This document shows, piece by piece, positions 10,445 through 19,363 of a stretch of DNA of 64,000 bases (position 1 is the stretch's first letter; each line of letters begins with the position of its first letter). The translations under genes and the position numbers were made by a program. Under the pieces are notes generated by a model. It made no database searches and was not told the origin of the DNA. It saw only the letters and a list, made by a program, of their open reading frames with translations. The stretch is from Acutalibacteraceae bacterium (GTDB taxonomy: Bacteria; Bacillota; Clostridia; Oscillospirales; Acutalibacteraceae), in contig JAZUQS010000060.1 in the NCBI GenBank assembly GCA_045605825.1, positions 302-64,301 of the forward strand. The letters run 5' to 3'.

Positions 10445-12070
10445 TTAAGAGTTTTCTTTTATTGCATTGTTAACCTTTTCTCTTAAGTTGAGCAACCATT
10501 CTTGAGTTGTGGGATAGCAGTTGAAACTTAAGGGAATATCCAAATCCTCCTCTATGAGTTTTAAAACATCTTCACGAGAGGTAAGCTTTTCTAAAAGTTT
10601 TAGGGCTCGCAAATCCTGAAAACCGTTGTAGAAAACCTCGTGACGAAGAGAGTTCAGAGGTTCACCGTTTTTGCCTGGGTACACAACGAAAGAATCTCCG
10701 GAGGGGAAGGCGTTTCCTGCATCCGTAACTTTATAGGGGTTAATTTCATATTTAGAATATTGAGAATACCAAAAGTTATGGCCCCAGTGCAAAAAGCCTT
10801 CGGCATCGTATTTGTAAAGAAGAACACCTAAAATTCTATTTCTCAGCGAAGGCTGTGAAAACATTCTGTTAGGTAATAATTTATCTACCTGACCGCAACA
10901 GTAATAGGTCCAGAAATGGTCTACCTGCTTTCTGAAAATATCTGCTTTATCCTCGCAGCAAACAGGAGTTTTTACAAGACCTTTTTTGTAAAACTCTATT
11001 TCGGAAAGAGCGTCGAGGTTGTTAAAATCGGGGAAAGCTTCGCGAAGTATCTTCGCCGCTTTTTTATAGCTTGAAATCTGCTTTTCGTTAGGTTCGTCTG
11101 AAACGTGAAGCCAGCAACGGTCTTTGATACCTAAGGCAATAACCTCTTTGGTGAATTCCTTTGCAAAAGCATTTAAAAAGTCTTTGTAAGCTTTGCCGCT
11201 TGCCTTTGTTTCCCAACCGAAAATCTTTTTTTCTTTGCCGTTTACGGTGGCTACGATTTTAGGTGCGGAGGTTGCACCCCATTGAGTAAAGAAATGAGAA
11301 ATTTCGAAAGCTTCAACACCGTTTTTCAGGCAAATTTCTACGTATTTACGGAAATTTTCAAAGCCGAAAAAATACTCACCGTTTTTCTTTTCAACGTCTA
11401 CAAGCTGTACGGTAGGTCTTTCACCGCCAACCTCAGTATCAAGAGGGGGAGTGAAAACGGGCGTGAGTATCATATTTACACCGTGTTCTACAGCATTTTT
11501 CAAAAATCTTTCGAAAATCACCCAATATTCATCAGAGAAGGGCTTTACTTTATAGTAGGTACAAAGGCAATCGTTGTGAAACCAGTTTGTGAAAAGAAGC
11601 TCTTGTTTGGGTAAAGCTTTATCAATTATTTCAAGAGAAAAAGTTTTTTCAACAGTTTCTTTTTCTGTTTGCAAAATAATAGTAATATTATGTTTTCCTG
11701 AAAGCTCACCGTTGCCTGAAAACTCAACCCATATTGCGGTAGCTGTGTCAGGTTTGATTTTAATCGTATCTTTTATGGGCTTTAATAAATCGGGGAATTC
11801 TTTTCTTGTTAAATCATAATGAAATTTATCGGAGTTGTCGTAACCTGTTTTCCCTGCAGGAATATTAACAACCTCGTATAATTTAATGGAATCCTTTAAC
11901 GGTGAAGAAACGGAAATTTTCAGTTCTTTTCCGTCTTCGCAAGAGGGGATTACGGCAATCTGAAAAGAGAATCTTTCGTTTCTAAGGCAAGAAGCGCTTG
12001 TGTATTCTTTAAAATTAAGCTCACTGTCTTTAAAAACCTTTACGAGAGATGAAAGTGATAAGGTTTTCAT
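10445..12070 (-). CDS. DUF4091-like putative glycoside hydrolase
   Basis: 541-aa cytoplasmic ORF. The N-terminal SSLVKVF... beta-sandwich-like region followed by a TIM-barrel-like region resembles DUF4091/GH123-like proteins as I remember them. Family call not verified. Confidence 0.45.
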   Translation of the reverse strand: MKTLSLSSLVKVFKDSELNFKEYTSASCLRNERFSFQIAVIPSCEDGKELKISVSSPLKDSIKLYEVVNIPAGKTGYDNSDKFHYDLTRKEFPDLLKPIKDTIKIKPDTATAIWVEFSGNGELSGKHNITIILQTEKETVEKTFSLEIIDKALPKQELLFTNWFHNDCLCTYYKVKPFSDEYWVIFERFLKNAVEHGVNMILTPVFTPPLDTEVGGERPTVQLVDVEKKNGEYFFGFENFRKYVEICLKNGVEAFEISHFFTQWGATSAPKIVATVNGKEKKIFGWETKASGKAYKDFLNAFAKEFTKEVIALGIKDRCWLHVSDEPNEKQISSYKKAAKILREAFPDFNNLDALSEIEFYKKGLVKTPVCCEDKADIFRKQVDHFWTYYCCGQVDKLLPNRMFSQPSLRNRILGVLLYKYDAEGFLHWGHNFWYSQYSKYEINPYKVTDAGNAFPSGDSFVVYPGKNGEPLNSLRHEVFYNGFQDLRALKLLEKLTSREDVLKLIEEDLDIPLSFNCYPTTQEWLLNLREKVNNAIKENS

Positions 12071-12274
12071 ATTTCAACCTCCATTTTTGAAGCTTTTATG
12101 ATTAGTTAAATTATAATTTGAAAAAATATAACTGTCAAGAAAAGAGCGTTGAATAAAAAAGTTATTTCAACCAATAATTTTTTGAGAAATATTTTTTTTC
12201 GGTTTACAAATTATTTTACGTGTGATAATATAGTAAAGTATGCACTTATGGATTCACGAAAGGAGGGTTTTACA

Positions 12275-13669
12275 ATGAAACACCGTTTAGTTCATTTTGC
12301 TGCTGATAAGGCTCTTTCAAAAATATTGAAATATATTGATAAAGCACCGGAAGAAAATCTTTTAAAGATTTTAAACGTTGCTGAAAAATATTTCAAAATG
12401 TATCCGCAGAAAAATTTTGAAAAAATGAGAAATGCTATTGGCGATGATGAAAACGTTTATATGCAGTTGACTAAAAACATTCTTAATGACGTTGACCGCG
12501 ATCTTGTAAAATCTCTTCTTATTTCGTTAGGTATTCATGCAGGCTATTTCGGAACGAAAGCCGTCAGAGCAAACCGAGATAAATATAACTGCAACATACC
12601 GTTTATTATACTTTTTGACCCTACCTCTGCTTGTAACCTTCATTGTAAAGGCTGTTGGGCGGCGGAATACGGTCACAGTCTTCAGCTTTCTCTTGATGAA
12701 ATGAAAAGCATTGTAACTCAAGGCAAAGAAATGGGAACGCATTTCTATATGCTTACGGGCGGTGAGCCGCTTATAAGAAAGAAAGACGTTATACAGTTAG
12801 CCTCTGAAAACCCTGAATGTACTTTTCTTATTTACACAAATGCAACGCTTATTGACAAAGAACTTTGCGACGATATCAAAAGATGCGGTAATATAACCCT
12901 TGCTCTTTCAATTGAGGGCGACGAATGCTCAAACGATGACCGTAGAGGTCAGGGTGCTTACGAAACTACCGTTAAGGCTATGGAGCTTCTTAAAAAAGAA
13001 AAAATTCTTTTCGGTATTTCCGTTTGCTATACAAGTAAAAATGTTAACGATGTTACAAGTGACGAATTTCTTGATAAAATGATAGCCTCGGGCGTAAAGT
13101 ATGCATTCTATTTCAATTTTATGCCTGTTGGTAAAAATGCTGATAAAGAGCTGATTCCCACCCCGTCGCAGAGAAAGTTTATGTATTTCTGGCTTAAGAA
13201 AATGCGTAACGGAAAGTCGGGTAAGCCCTTGTTCGTTATGGATTTTCAGGATGACGGTGAGTACGTAGGCGGTTGTATTGCCGGCGGCAGAAACTATTTC
13301 CACGTAAACTCAAATGGCGATATGGAGCCTTGCGTGTTTATTCATTATTCTGATTCAAATATCAGAACTGATACGCTTCTAGAGGCACTTCAAAAGCCCT
13401 TGTTTATGGCTTACAGAAAGGGTCAGCCCTTTAACGATAACCATCTTATGCCTTGCCCCATGCTTGAGAACCCTGATATTTTGAGAAAAATCATCAAAGA
13501 AACAAATGCAAAAAGCACTGATTTTATCTCTCAGGAAACAGTAGAGGAGCTTTGCTCAAAATGTGACGATTTCAGTAAAGCCTGGGCACCCGTTGCAAAG
13601 GAAATCTGGTATAACAATCCCCACCCGAAAACACATACACAATATTATAGAGATAGAAAAGACGTTTAA
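12275..13669 (+). CDS. Radical SAM protein with SPASM/twitch-like C-terminal Cys cluster and ~100-aa helical N-terminal extension
   Basis: CX3CX2C motif SACNLHCKGCWAAEY and GGEPL SAM-binding motif. C-terminal Cys residues sit in GGCIAGG, MEPCVF and MPCPMLENP. Start moved from 12149 to ATG 12275 (AAAGGAGGG 8 nt upstream). Confidence 0.8.
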   Translation: MKHRLVHFAADKALSKILKYIDKAPEENLLKILNVAEKYFKMYPQKNFEKMRNAIGDDENVYMQLTKNILNDVDRDLVKSLLISLGIHAGYFGTKAVRANRDKYNCNIPFIILFDPTSACNLHCKGCWAAEYGHSLQLSLDEMKSIVTQGKEMGTHFYMLTGGEPLIRKKDVIQLASENPECTFLIYTNATLIDKELCDDIKRCGNITLALSIEGDECSNDDRRGQGAYETTVKAMELLKKEKILFGISVCYTSKNVNDVTSDEFLDKMIASGVKYAFYFNFMPVGKNADKELIPTPSQRKFMYFWLKKMRNGKSGKPLFVMDFQDDGEYVGGCIAGGRNYFHVNSNGDMEPCVFIHYSDSNIRTDTLLEALQKPLFMAYRKGQPFNDNHLMPCPMLENPDILRKIIKETNAKSTDFISQETVEELCSKCDDFSKAWAPVAKEIWYNNPHPKTHTQYYRDRKDV

Positions 13670-13683
13670 AAAATCCTCTTGCT

Positions 13684-13722
13684 TGCCCAAGTGTTCTAAA
13701 GGACACTTGGGCAGTTTTATTT
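13684..13722 (+). terminator. Rho-independent terminator of the radical SAM gene
   Basis: 11-bp stem TGCCCAAGTGT / ACACTTGGGCA with an 8-nt loop, followed by GTTTTATTT. Confidence 0.75.
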
Positions 13723-13733
13723 GCCTTGCGGCG

Positions 13734-13887
13734 AGTGATATTACTTCGCAGTGACATTTGAACTTCGTTCAAGTGATATTGCCTTTTTGCAGTTTTTTGC
13801 GAATAAAATATCACTGAAATCGCAAGATTTCAATATCACTTCCCGAAAGGGAAATATTACTCTGTGCGTTTAGCACAGAATATCACT
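13734..13887. repeat. Word-punctuated hairpin array A (9-mer AGTGATATT x3 forward, then AATATCACT x4 reverse)
   Basis: Forward copies at 13734, 13750 (AGTGACATT) and 13772. Reverse copies at 13807, 13832, 13853 (AATATTACT) and 13879. Small hairpins lie between words: 13759-13771 (loop TTC), 13816-13831 (loop GCAA), 13841-13852 (loop GAAA), 13862-13878. Confidence 0.8.
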
Positions 13888-14150
13888 ACATAAAAACAGT
13901 ACTCTACAAGAGGCTAAATGTATGTATCATTCATATCAGCAAAGAAAATTCGTCACAATTTAGAAAAAGTGATGAATAAATGCTGATTCGGGGAATAAGT
14001 ATGCAAAAAAACAGCGAATAAATATACAAATCGCCCTATTGTTTCTTTGTGTAAATAAACAATGAAAAAATGACTTTGTTGTGAATTTTAACAACAATAT
14101 TGAGGAAATCTGAACATATTGTTAATAAATCACGAAAATATTTATGCATC

Positions 14151-14179
14151 TTGACTTATAAAAATGCAAATGGTATACT
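14151..14179 (+). promoter_or_regulatory. Sigma-70-type promoter of the giant dockerin protein gene
   Basis: TTGACT (14151-14156), 17-nt spacer, TGg-TATACT extended -10 (14171-14179), about 70 nt upstream of ATG 14250. Confidence 0.6.
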
Positions 14180-14249
14180 TCTATTCGTAGTAAAATATGT
14201 ATAGGTATATCTTAAATTTGGATTGACGGTATATCGGAAAGGTGATTTT

Positions 14250-17200
14250 ATGAAAAAAACAAGAAAGCTTTTATCAATTGTTCTTTCTGTTCTTGTTGTT
14301 TTCGCTAGTCTTCCCGTTGTTTATACAGCAGCGGCAGATGCAGTTACATATGCAGCAGGCGAAACAGGAACAATTGACAATCCTACACATCCCGTTTCAG
14401 CAGACGGTGTGTTCAGTTATGATGACTTGTATAAGCTCAACATTGACGTTGAGAATACAAAATACACGTTCTATCAGACTATGAATGACGAGTATTTTAC
14501 ATACACTCAGATTTTAGGCTTACAACAGAGAAATGACGTTCCTTTGTCAGGCAGAACGTTTAAATTTGTTGGCGTGGAGCATTATACAGGCGGTTCTAAC
14601 GCTACAACAACAAATGCTGACGGTTCAGCTCAGGGTACAGACCTTATGGAAGTACCTGCTATTACAACCAATACTACAGCAGATTTCCTTAATACATACT
14701 ACGTTCCTACTCATACTTGGGCTCCAATCAACAATAACGCTACAAATGATTTTCAGGGAAAAACTGAGCCGACAAACGTTCAGCTTGCAGGTTCGGTTGC
14801 TGACCTTTCAGGCTGTAAAAACTACAGCTGGTCTGATACATACGTAATCAAAGGTCTTTCTGCTTCCGAAAAAGGTGAAGTAAACACAGGCTACTACGAG
14901 GCTTATAAATGGAACTGGTCTACAAGTGATGCTTCAGCAGCATTTGAGCTTCGCCTTAAAACCTCTATCCGCATTCTTGATGCCCGTGAATTTGTTAAGG
15001 AATTAGCAGAGGCAGAGGCTGTTCTTGCAAATCCCGATAAGTATACACAGGCTTACCTTTCATCAGTTAAGGCTACTCTTAACACAATCCCCGAGGATCT
15101 TAAGGATTTATCAGTAGTTTACAGCCAGAGCGATATTGATAAATATACAAAGATGCTCAAAGACGTTAGCTTAAACTCAGCCGATTACACAGAGTTTAAC
15201 AGAACATACGAAAATCTTAAAGGTATCACTAATGCTTTAGATGCATTTACTGACGATAGCTTTAGCGCTTTCAAAGTAGAAATCGAAAAAATTAACAACA
15301 ATCTTCCTAAAAACCTTGACTATACAAAGCAGAGTGTTGTTGATGAGGCTACTCAGGCACTCAAAGATGCATATAACCTTCTTGTTACAAAGGGTGATGC
15401 TTCAGGCGGTACTTATACAGAAACAATACATGATATCAAATTTACCATTCAGAATGAATTTAATCTTATTCAGATAAAAGACGATCAGATTCTTTCTTAT
15501 ACACAGAATTGGATTGCAGACAGAAGAAATCTTGAAAGCAAAGATTCAAGAAGAATGTTCTATTCTGTAATTGACTCTTCAAGCACATTTGCTTCAAGAT
15601 TTACCGATGCAGCAGTTGATACAGTATCATCATTATCTGCAAAAGCTATTGATGGCAGCTTATCTAATGCGTTAATTTTCACTTGCTGGGAAGAAGTTCT
15701 TGCAGATGGTTCATTAAACCCCACAACAGAGGTTATTTCAAGAGATACTCATACAATTGACGGTAACTATGCAGGTTTCCAGAAAGATAAAGATTACTAT
15801 ATCGAAAATTCACCTACCTTCCGCGGCTTGTCAGCAAGCGAAACAGGTGCTCATACATTTACGTTCAATCAGAAAATTTACCTTAACTGGCAACAAAATA
15901 TTTTGGGCTTTTTAAGGGATAACTTCACTCAGACAGCGTTTGTAACTACAATCAACATTACCGATGCCCGTCCTCTTGTAAAGGCGGTAGCAGAAGCCAA
16001 TGCAACTATTGCAAATCCCGGTAGTTACAGTGACAACTATATCTCAGCACTTCAGGCTGCGGTTGACGCCGTTCCTGTTAACCTTATCAGAGGTGTTGAA
16101 TATTATACTCAGGAAGAAGTAGACGCTTACCTTAATGCAATTACAAGTGTTCAGGAAGGCTGTGCAGACTACAGTGAGTTCAACGAAGCATATGAAGAAT
16201 TAATCAATATGAAGAATAATTCTACATATACCGACGAAAGCTATAGTGCATTTATGAAAGAGATTCAAAGCATTAACAAAAATCTTCCTAAAAACCTTAC
16301 TGCAGATCAGCAAGCAACAGTTGATGCTGCAACCGAAGCACTTCACAAAGCTACTCACCACCTTGTTTATTACAAGCTTAATACAGATAACGTTTTCACA
16401 GAAGAGGATATTCCCGAGGATTTAGGTTTCAGCCCTCTTGTTTTCTCAGTTTCATCTACCAGATACGAGTTTATGCAGGTATCAGACGGTCAGCAGTTTG
16501 CTATAAGAACTGATTTCTCTGCAAGAAACAATGACTCCAGCTATACCTTAAGATTACTTTCATTCGGTTTTTCAACCGTTAACGCAGGTAACGTAACAGA
16601 TATTTGTGCCGGCCGTACAACACCTGATAAGGGCTGTCATAACGCAGCAAACGTGCCTGAACTCAATTTCTTCGACCTTGCAACATATGCAAGCACAAGC
16701 GGTACTATAACAGGTATTACATCTTATACTGCAGACGATGCAGGTGACACAGGTGAATTTAACAGCTGGGTGAATACAGATGGCGTAAACCTTTCTTCAG
16801 GTGGCGTGTTTATTGACGGTGCAGTGCTTGAGCTTTACGATTCAACGGGTTACGCAACTTATGTTTATACTGCTACAAGCGGTGAAAACCAGGAAAATAT
16901 CAACATAAACTATGCTTTCCGTCTCGGTTGGTCTTATGAGCAGTTCTGGGGCGAAACAATCCGCCGTCACGCTCATATTCCCGTTTCTCTTACAATTACC
17001 GACGCAAGAGCTCTTCATAATCTTTATAACGAGGTTGAAGATATCTTAAACGGTGAAACGGATAAGAGCTATACTCTTTCTTCTCTTGTTACACTCTACA
17101 ATGCGTTTAATAACGTTCCTTCAGATATGGCAAGCGGTGAAGCTTACTATACTCAGAGTGAGGTTAACGCAAAGTATGATGAGCTTAAAGCTGCTTACGA

Positions 17201-19208
17201 TACTCTTGTTGAAGGCGCAGATTACAGCGAATTCTTTGAGGCTTACGTAAAGGCACAGGAAATTATTAATACAAACAACAAGGATTCAGCAGGTAACTCT
17301 CTTTACGATGATGCTGCATACGAAACCTTTAATCAGCAGTTTACAGATATCATTACAGGTCTTGATATGAATCTTCCTGCAAGCGAGCAGACAACTGTTA
17401 ATGATGCAACAACTGCTCTCAACAATGCTCTTACGGCTCTTGAAGCAACAAAGCATGCTGATTATTCTGAATTCAACGATGCTTTAGCAGAGGTTGAAAA
17501 AATCTTAAAAGAGGAGCAGGAAAACCCCGGAACTTATACACAGTCTTCTCTTGAAGCAATTCAAAATGCATATAACGATGCAGTTGCTCTTGATAAGGAG
17601 CTTCCCGCAAGCGAGCAGGCTACCGTTAATGCAGTTACAGAGGCTCTCAAGGCAGCAGCAGAAAACAAAAAATATAAAGCTGATTATTCAGAATTTGACG
17701 ATGCATACAGTAAGGTTCAGGATATTTTTAATAACCCTAATAAGTATACAGACGAAACTGTAGATGCAGCTGAAAGGGCTCTTGAAGAAGCTGATAAGCT
17801 TAATAAAGACCTCCCCGATACTGCAGACAATCGTACAACAATAGAAAATGCTACAAATGCACTTGAAAATGTGTTTAATAATGCAAAAGAATCTGCTGAT
17901 TACACAGCTTTCGAAGAAGCATACAAAAAGGTTCAGGAAATTGCCGAGAATAAAGACGGCAAATATACACAGTCAACTGTAACAGCAGCTCAGAATGCAC
18001 TTGCTGAGGCTGATAAGCTTGACAAGAATCTTGAAAAGAATGATGCAAATCAGGATATTATTACCGATGCTACAAATGCTCTTCAATCAGTAATTGACGG
18101 CGCAAAAGAAAAAGCAAACTACGACGGCTATGACGATGCATATGCAGAGCTTGAAAATATCTTAAACAATAAAGATAATTACACTCAAGACACCGTAGAT
18201 GCAGCACAGGTAGCAAAGGATGCAGCGGATGCACTCGGTAAAGACCAGCCTGCAACAAATCAGGATGCTGTAAACGAAGTAATTGCAGGTATGCAGAACG
18301 TTGTAACAAACGCTCAGGAAAAAGCAAACTACGATGCATACAATAATGCAAAAGCAGAAGCAGACGCTATCATTAATTCGGGTAACGTTGATGAAAACGG
18401 CAACCCCATTTACGATGAAGCTGTTTTTGAAGCATACAAAGAAGCAGTAAACAAAATCGATTCTGAGCTCATCAAAGACCTTCCCTCAAGCGAGCAGACA
18501 GCTGTTGACAATGCAGTAACAGAACTTGAAAGCTTAAAGGCTACTCTTGAATCAAAGAAGTATTACACAGTAACGTTTAAGGATGTTGACGGTAACGTTC
18601 TCGGCACGGCTTCTTACGTAAACGGTGACGTTTTCGGTAACCTTACAGCACCTGCTCTTCCCGAGGATACAGATACAATTGCTTACGTTGGTTGGGTATA
18701 TGCAGACGGTACTCTTGCTAAGGCTGACGACGTTGTTAACGGTGATATGGACGTAACCGTTGCAAGCGAAGATAAAAAGCTTATTGCAAAAGATGAAAGC
18801 GGAGTTGCTATTGACGAGATTACAAGCTTTGTAAGCGGTATTGAAGCAGGCACAACTGTTGAAGAAGTTCTTTCAAAGTTTGATAACGACGAGCTTGTTA
18901 TTGAAATTAAGACTTATGAGGGCGTAGATCTTGCAAGCGAAGAGCTTGTTGGTACAGGTTCAACAATTACTCTCAAATCAAAATACACAGGCGTAGTTTA
19001 TGAAACAAGAATGTTTATCATTATGGGTGACGTTGACGGTGACGGCGATATCGACGATACAGACTTCGATATTTCTAAATCCGTAGGCTTTGAATCATAC
19101 ACCTACCCCGATGAACATAACTACTTCTTCATTGCTAACGATATTGACGAAAACGGTATTATTAACGTTCTCGATGCATTCTATATCGGCAGAATGAAAA
19201 CAGTTTGA
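14250..19208 (+). CDS. Giant secreted repeat protein (1652 aa) with FIVAR-like helical repeats and a C-terminal type-I-like dockerin
   Basis: Start set to ATG 14250 (GAAAGGTG upstream). Signal peptide MKKTRKLLSIVLSVLVVFASLPVVYTAAADA. Three ~330-345-aa modules each end in I(L/T)DAR (nt 14979, 15962, 17001). Then an ADYSEF-type repeat array, then the dockerin GDVDGDGDIDDTD...DIDENGIINVLD. Confidence 0.9.
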   Translation: MKKTRKLLSIVLSVLVVFASLPVVYTAAADAVTYAAGETGTIDNPTHPVSADGVFSYDDLYKLNIDVENTKYTFYQTMNDEYFTYTQILGLQQRNDVPLSGRTFKFVGVEHYTGGSNATTTNADGSAQGTDLMEVPAITTNTTADFLNTYYVPTHTWAPINNNATNDFQGKTEPTNVQLAGSVADLSGCKNYSWSDTYVIKGLSASEKGEVNTGYYEAYKWNWSTSDASAAFELRLKTSIRILDAREFVKELAEAEAVLANPDKYTQAYLSSVKATLNTIPEDLKDLSVVYSQSDIDKYTKMLKDVSLNSADYTEFNRTYENLKGITNALDAFTDDSFSAFKVEIEKINNNLPKNLDYTKQSVVDEATQALKDAYNLLVTKGDASGGTYTETIHDIKFTIQNEFNLIQIKDDQILSYTQNWIADRRNLESKDSRRMFYSVIDSSSTFASRFTDAAVDTVSSLSAKAIDGSLSNALIFTCWEEVLADGSLNPTTEVISRDTHTIDGNYAGFQKDKDYYIENSPTFRGLSASETGAHTFTFNQKIYLNWQQNILGFLRDNFTQTAFVTTINITDARPLVKAVAEANATIANPGSYSDNYISALQAAVDAVPVNLIRGVEYYTQEEVDAYLNAITSVQEGCADYSEFNEAYEELINMKNNSTYTDESYSAFMKEIQSINKNLPKNLTADQQATVDAATEALHKATHHLVYYKLNTDNVFTEEDIPEDLGFSPLVFSVSSTRYEFMQVSDGQQFAIRTDFSARNNDSSYTLRLLSFGFSTVNAGNVTDICAGRTTPDKGCHNAANVPELNFFDLATYASTSGTITGITSYTADDAGDTGEFNSWVNTDGVNLSSGGVFIDGAVLELYDSTGYATYVYTATSGENQENININYAFRLGWSYEQFWGETIRRHAHIPVSLTITDARALHNLYNEVEDILNGETDKSYTLSSLVTLYNAFNNVPSDMASGEAYYTQSEVNAKYDELKAAYDTLVEGADYSEFFEAYVKAQEIINTNNKDSAGNSLYDDAAYETFNQQFTDIITGLDMNLPASEQTTVNDATTALNNALTALEATKHADYSEFNDALAEVEKILKEEQENPGTYTQSSLEAIQNAYNDAVALDKELPASEQATVNAVTEALKAAAENKKYKADYSEFDDAYSKVQDIFNNPNKYTDETVDAAERALEEADKLNKDLPDTADNRTTIENATNALENVFNNAKESADYTAFEEAYKKVQEIAENKDGKYTQSTVTAAQNALAEADKLDKNLEKNDANQDIITDATNALQSVIDGAKEKANYDGYDDAYAELENILNNKDNYTQDTVDAAQVAKDAADALGKDQPATNQDAVNEVIAGMQNVVTNAQEKANYDAYNNAKAEADAIINSGNVDENGNPIYDEAVFEAYKEAVNKIDSELIKDLPSSEQTAVDNAVTELESLKATLESKKYYTVTFKDVDGNVLGTASYVNGDVFGNLTAPALPEDTDTIAYVGWVYADGTLAKADDVVNGDMDVTVASEDKKLIAKDESGVAIDEITSFVSGIEAGTTVEEVLSKFDNDELVIEIKTYEGVDLASEELVGTGSTITLKSKYTGVVYETRMFIIMGDVDGDGDIDDTDFDISKSVGFESYTYPDEHNYFFIANDIDENGIINVLDAFYIGRMKTV
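17215..18545 (+). repeat. Intragenic tandem array of ~70-81-aa helical (FIVAR-like) repeats
   Basis: (A/N)DY(S/T/D)(E/A/G)(F/Y) motif recurs at nt ~17218, 17461, 17680, 17896, 18116 and 18326, with periods of 210-243 nt. Each unit carries Y-T/Q...(L/Q)P...Q..V...T.AL like FIVAR three-helix units. Two more copies lie at ~15181 and ~16163 inside the large modules. Confidence 0.8.
19026..19205 (+). other. Dockerin module (two EF-hand-like Ca-binding segments) at the C-terminus of the 14250-19208 protein
   Basis: GDVDGDGDIDDTDFDISKSV ... NDIDENGIINVLDAFYIGRM is a duplicated DxDxDG-type loop plus helix, as in cellulosome/amylosome dockerins. Confidence 0.8.
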
Positions 19209-19250
19209 TAACTGTTTCAAACAAAAATTCAACTGAAAAACAACTAAAAA

Positions 19251-19295
19251 AACACTTTGCAGTGTTAATTCACTGCAAGGTGTTTTTTGTTTTTG
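19251..19295 (+). terminator. Rho-independent terminator of the giant protein gene
   Basis: Stem AACACTTTGCAGTG / CACTGCAAGGTGTT (one G-U), loop TTAATT, then TTTTTGTTTTTG. Confidence 0.8.
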
Positions 19296-19320
19296 TTCTT
19301 GTGCTTTAATGTGATGCTTT

Positions 19321-19363
19321 AAAAACAAAAAAGCCTGTAAACCCTTATATATCAAGGGATTAC
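19321..19363 (-). terminator. Rho-independent terminator of the hddC-gmhB fusion gene
   Basis: On the minus strand: GTAATCCCTT-GATATAT-AAGGGTTTAC (one mismatch), followed by AGGCTTTTTTGTTTTT. The stem overlaps the TAA stop at 19360-19362. Confidence 0.65.

Noticed and set aside
13734-13887. Possible CRISPR array, because of regularly spaced short repeats. The same question applies to 43014-43180.
   Set aside because: The repeated unit is only 9 nt. Spacing is 16-27 nt. Orientation flips mid-array. The spacers are themselves palindromic hairpins. No cas genes or leader are present.
14278-18351. Alternative-frame ORFs inside the giant repeat gene (for example 14278-14484, 14533-14847, 17053-17250, 17551-17763 and 18070-18351 on the minus strand)
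   Set aside because: They are embedded in a long, clearly coding frame with domain structure. They are low-complexity Leu/Gln-rich translations typical of off-frame reading of repetitive, biased sequence.
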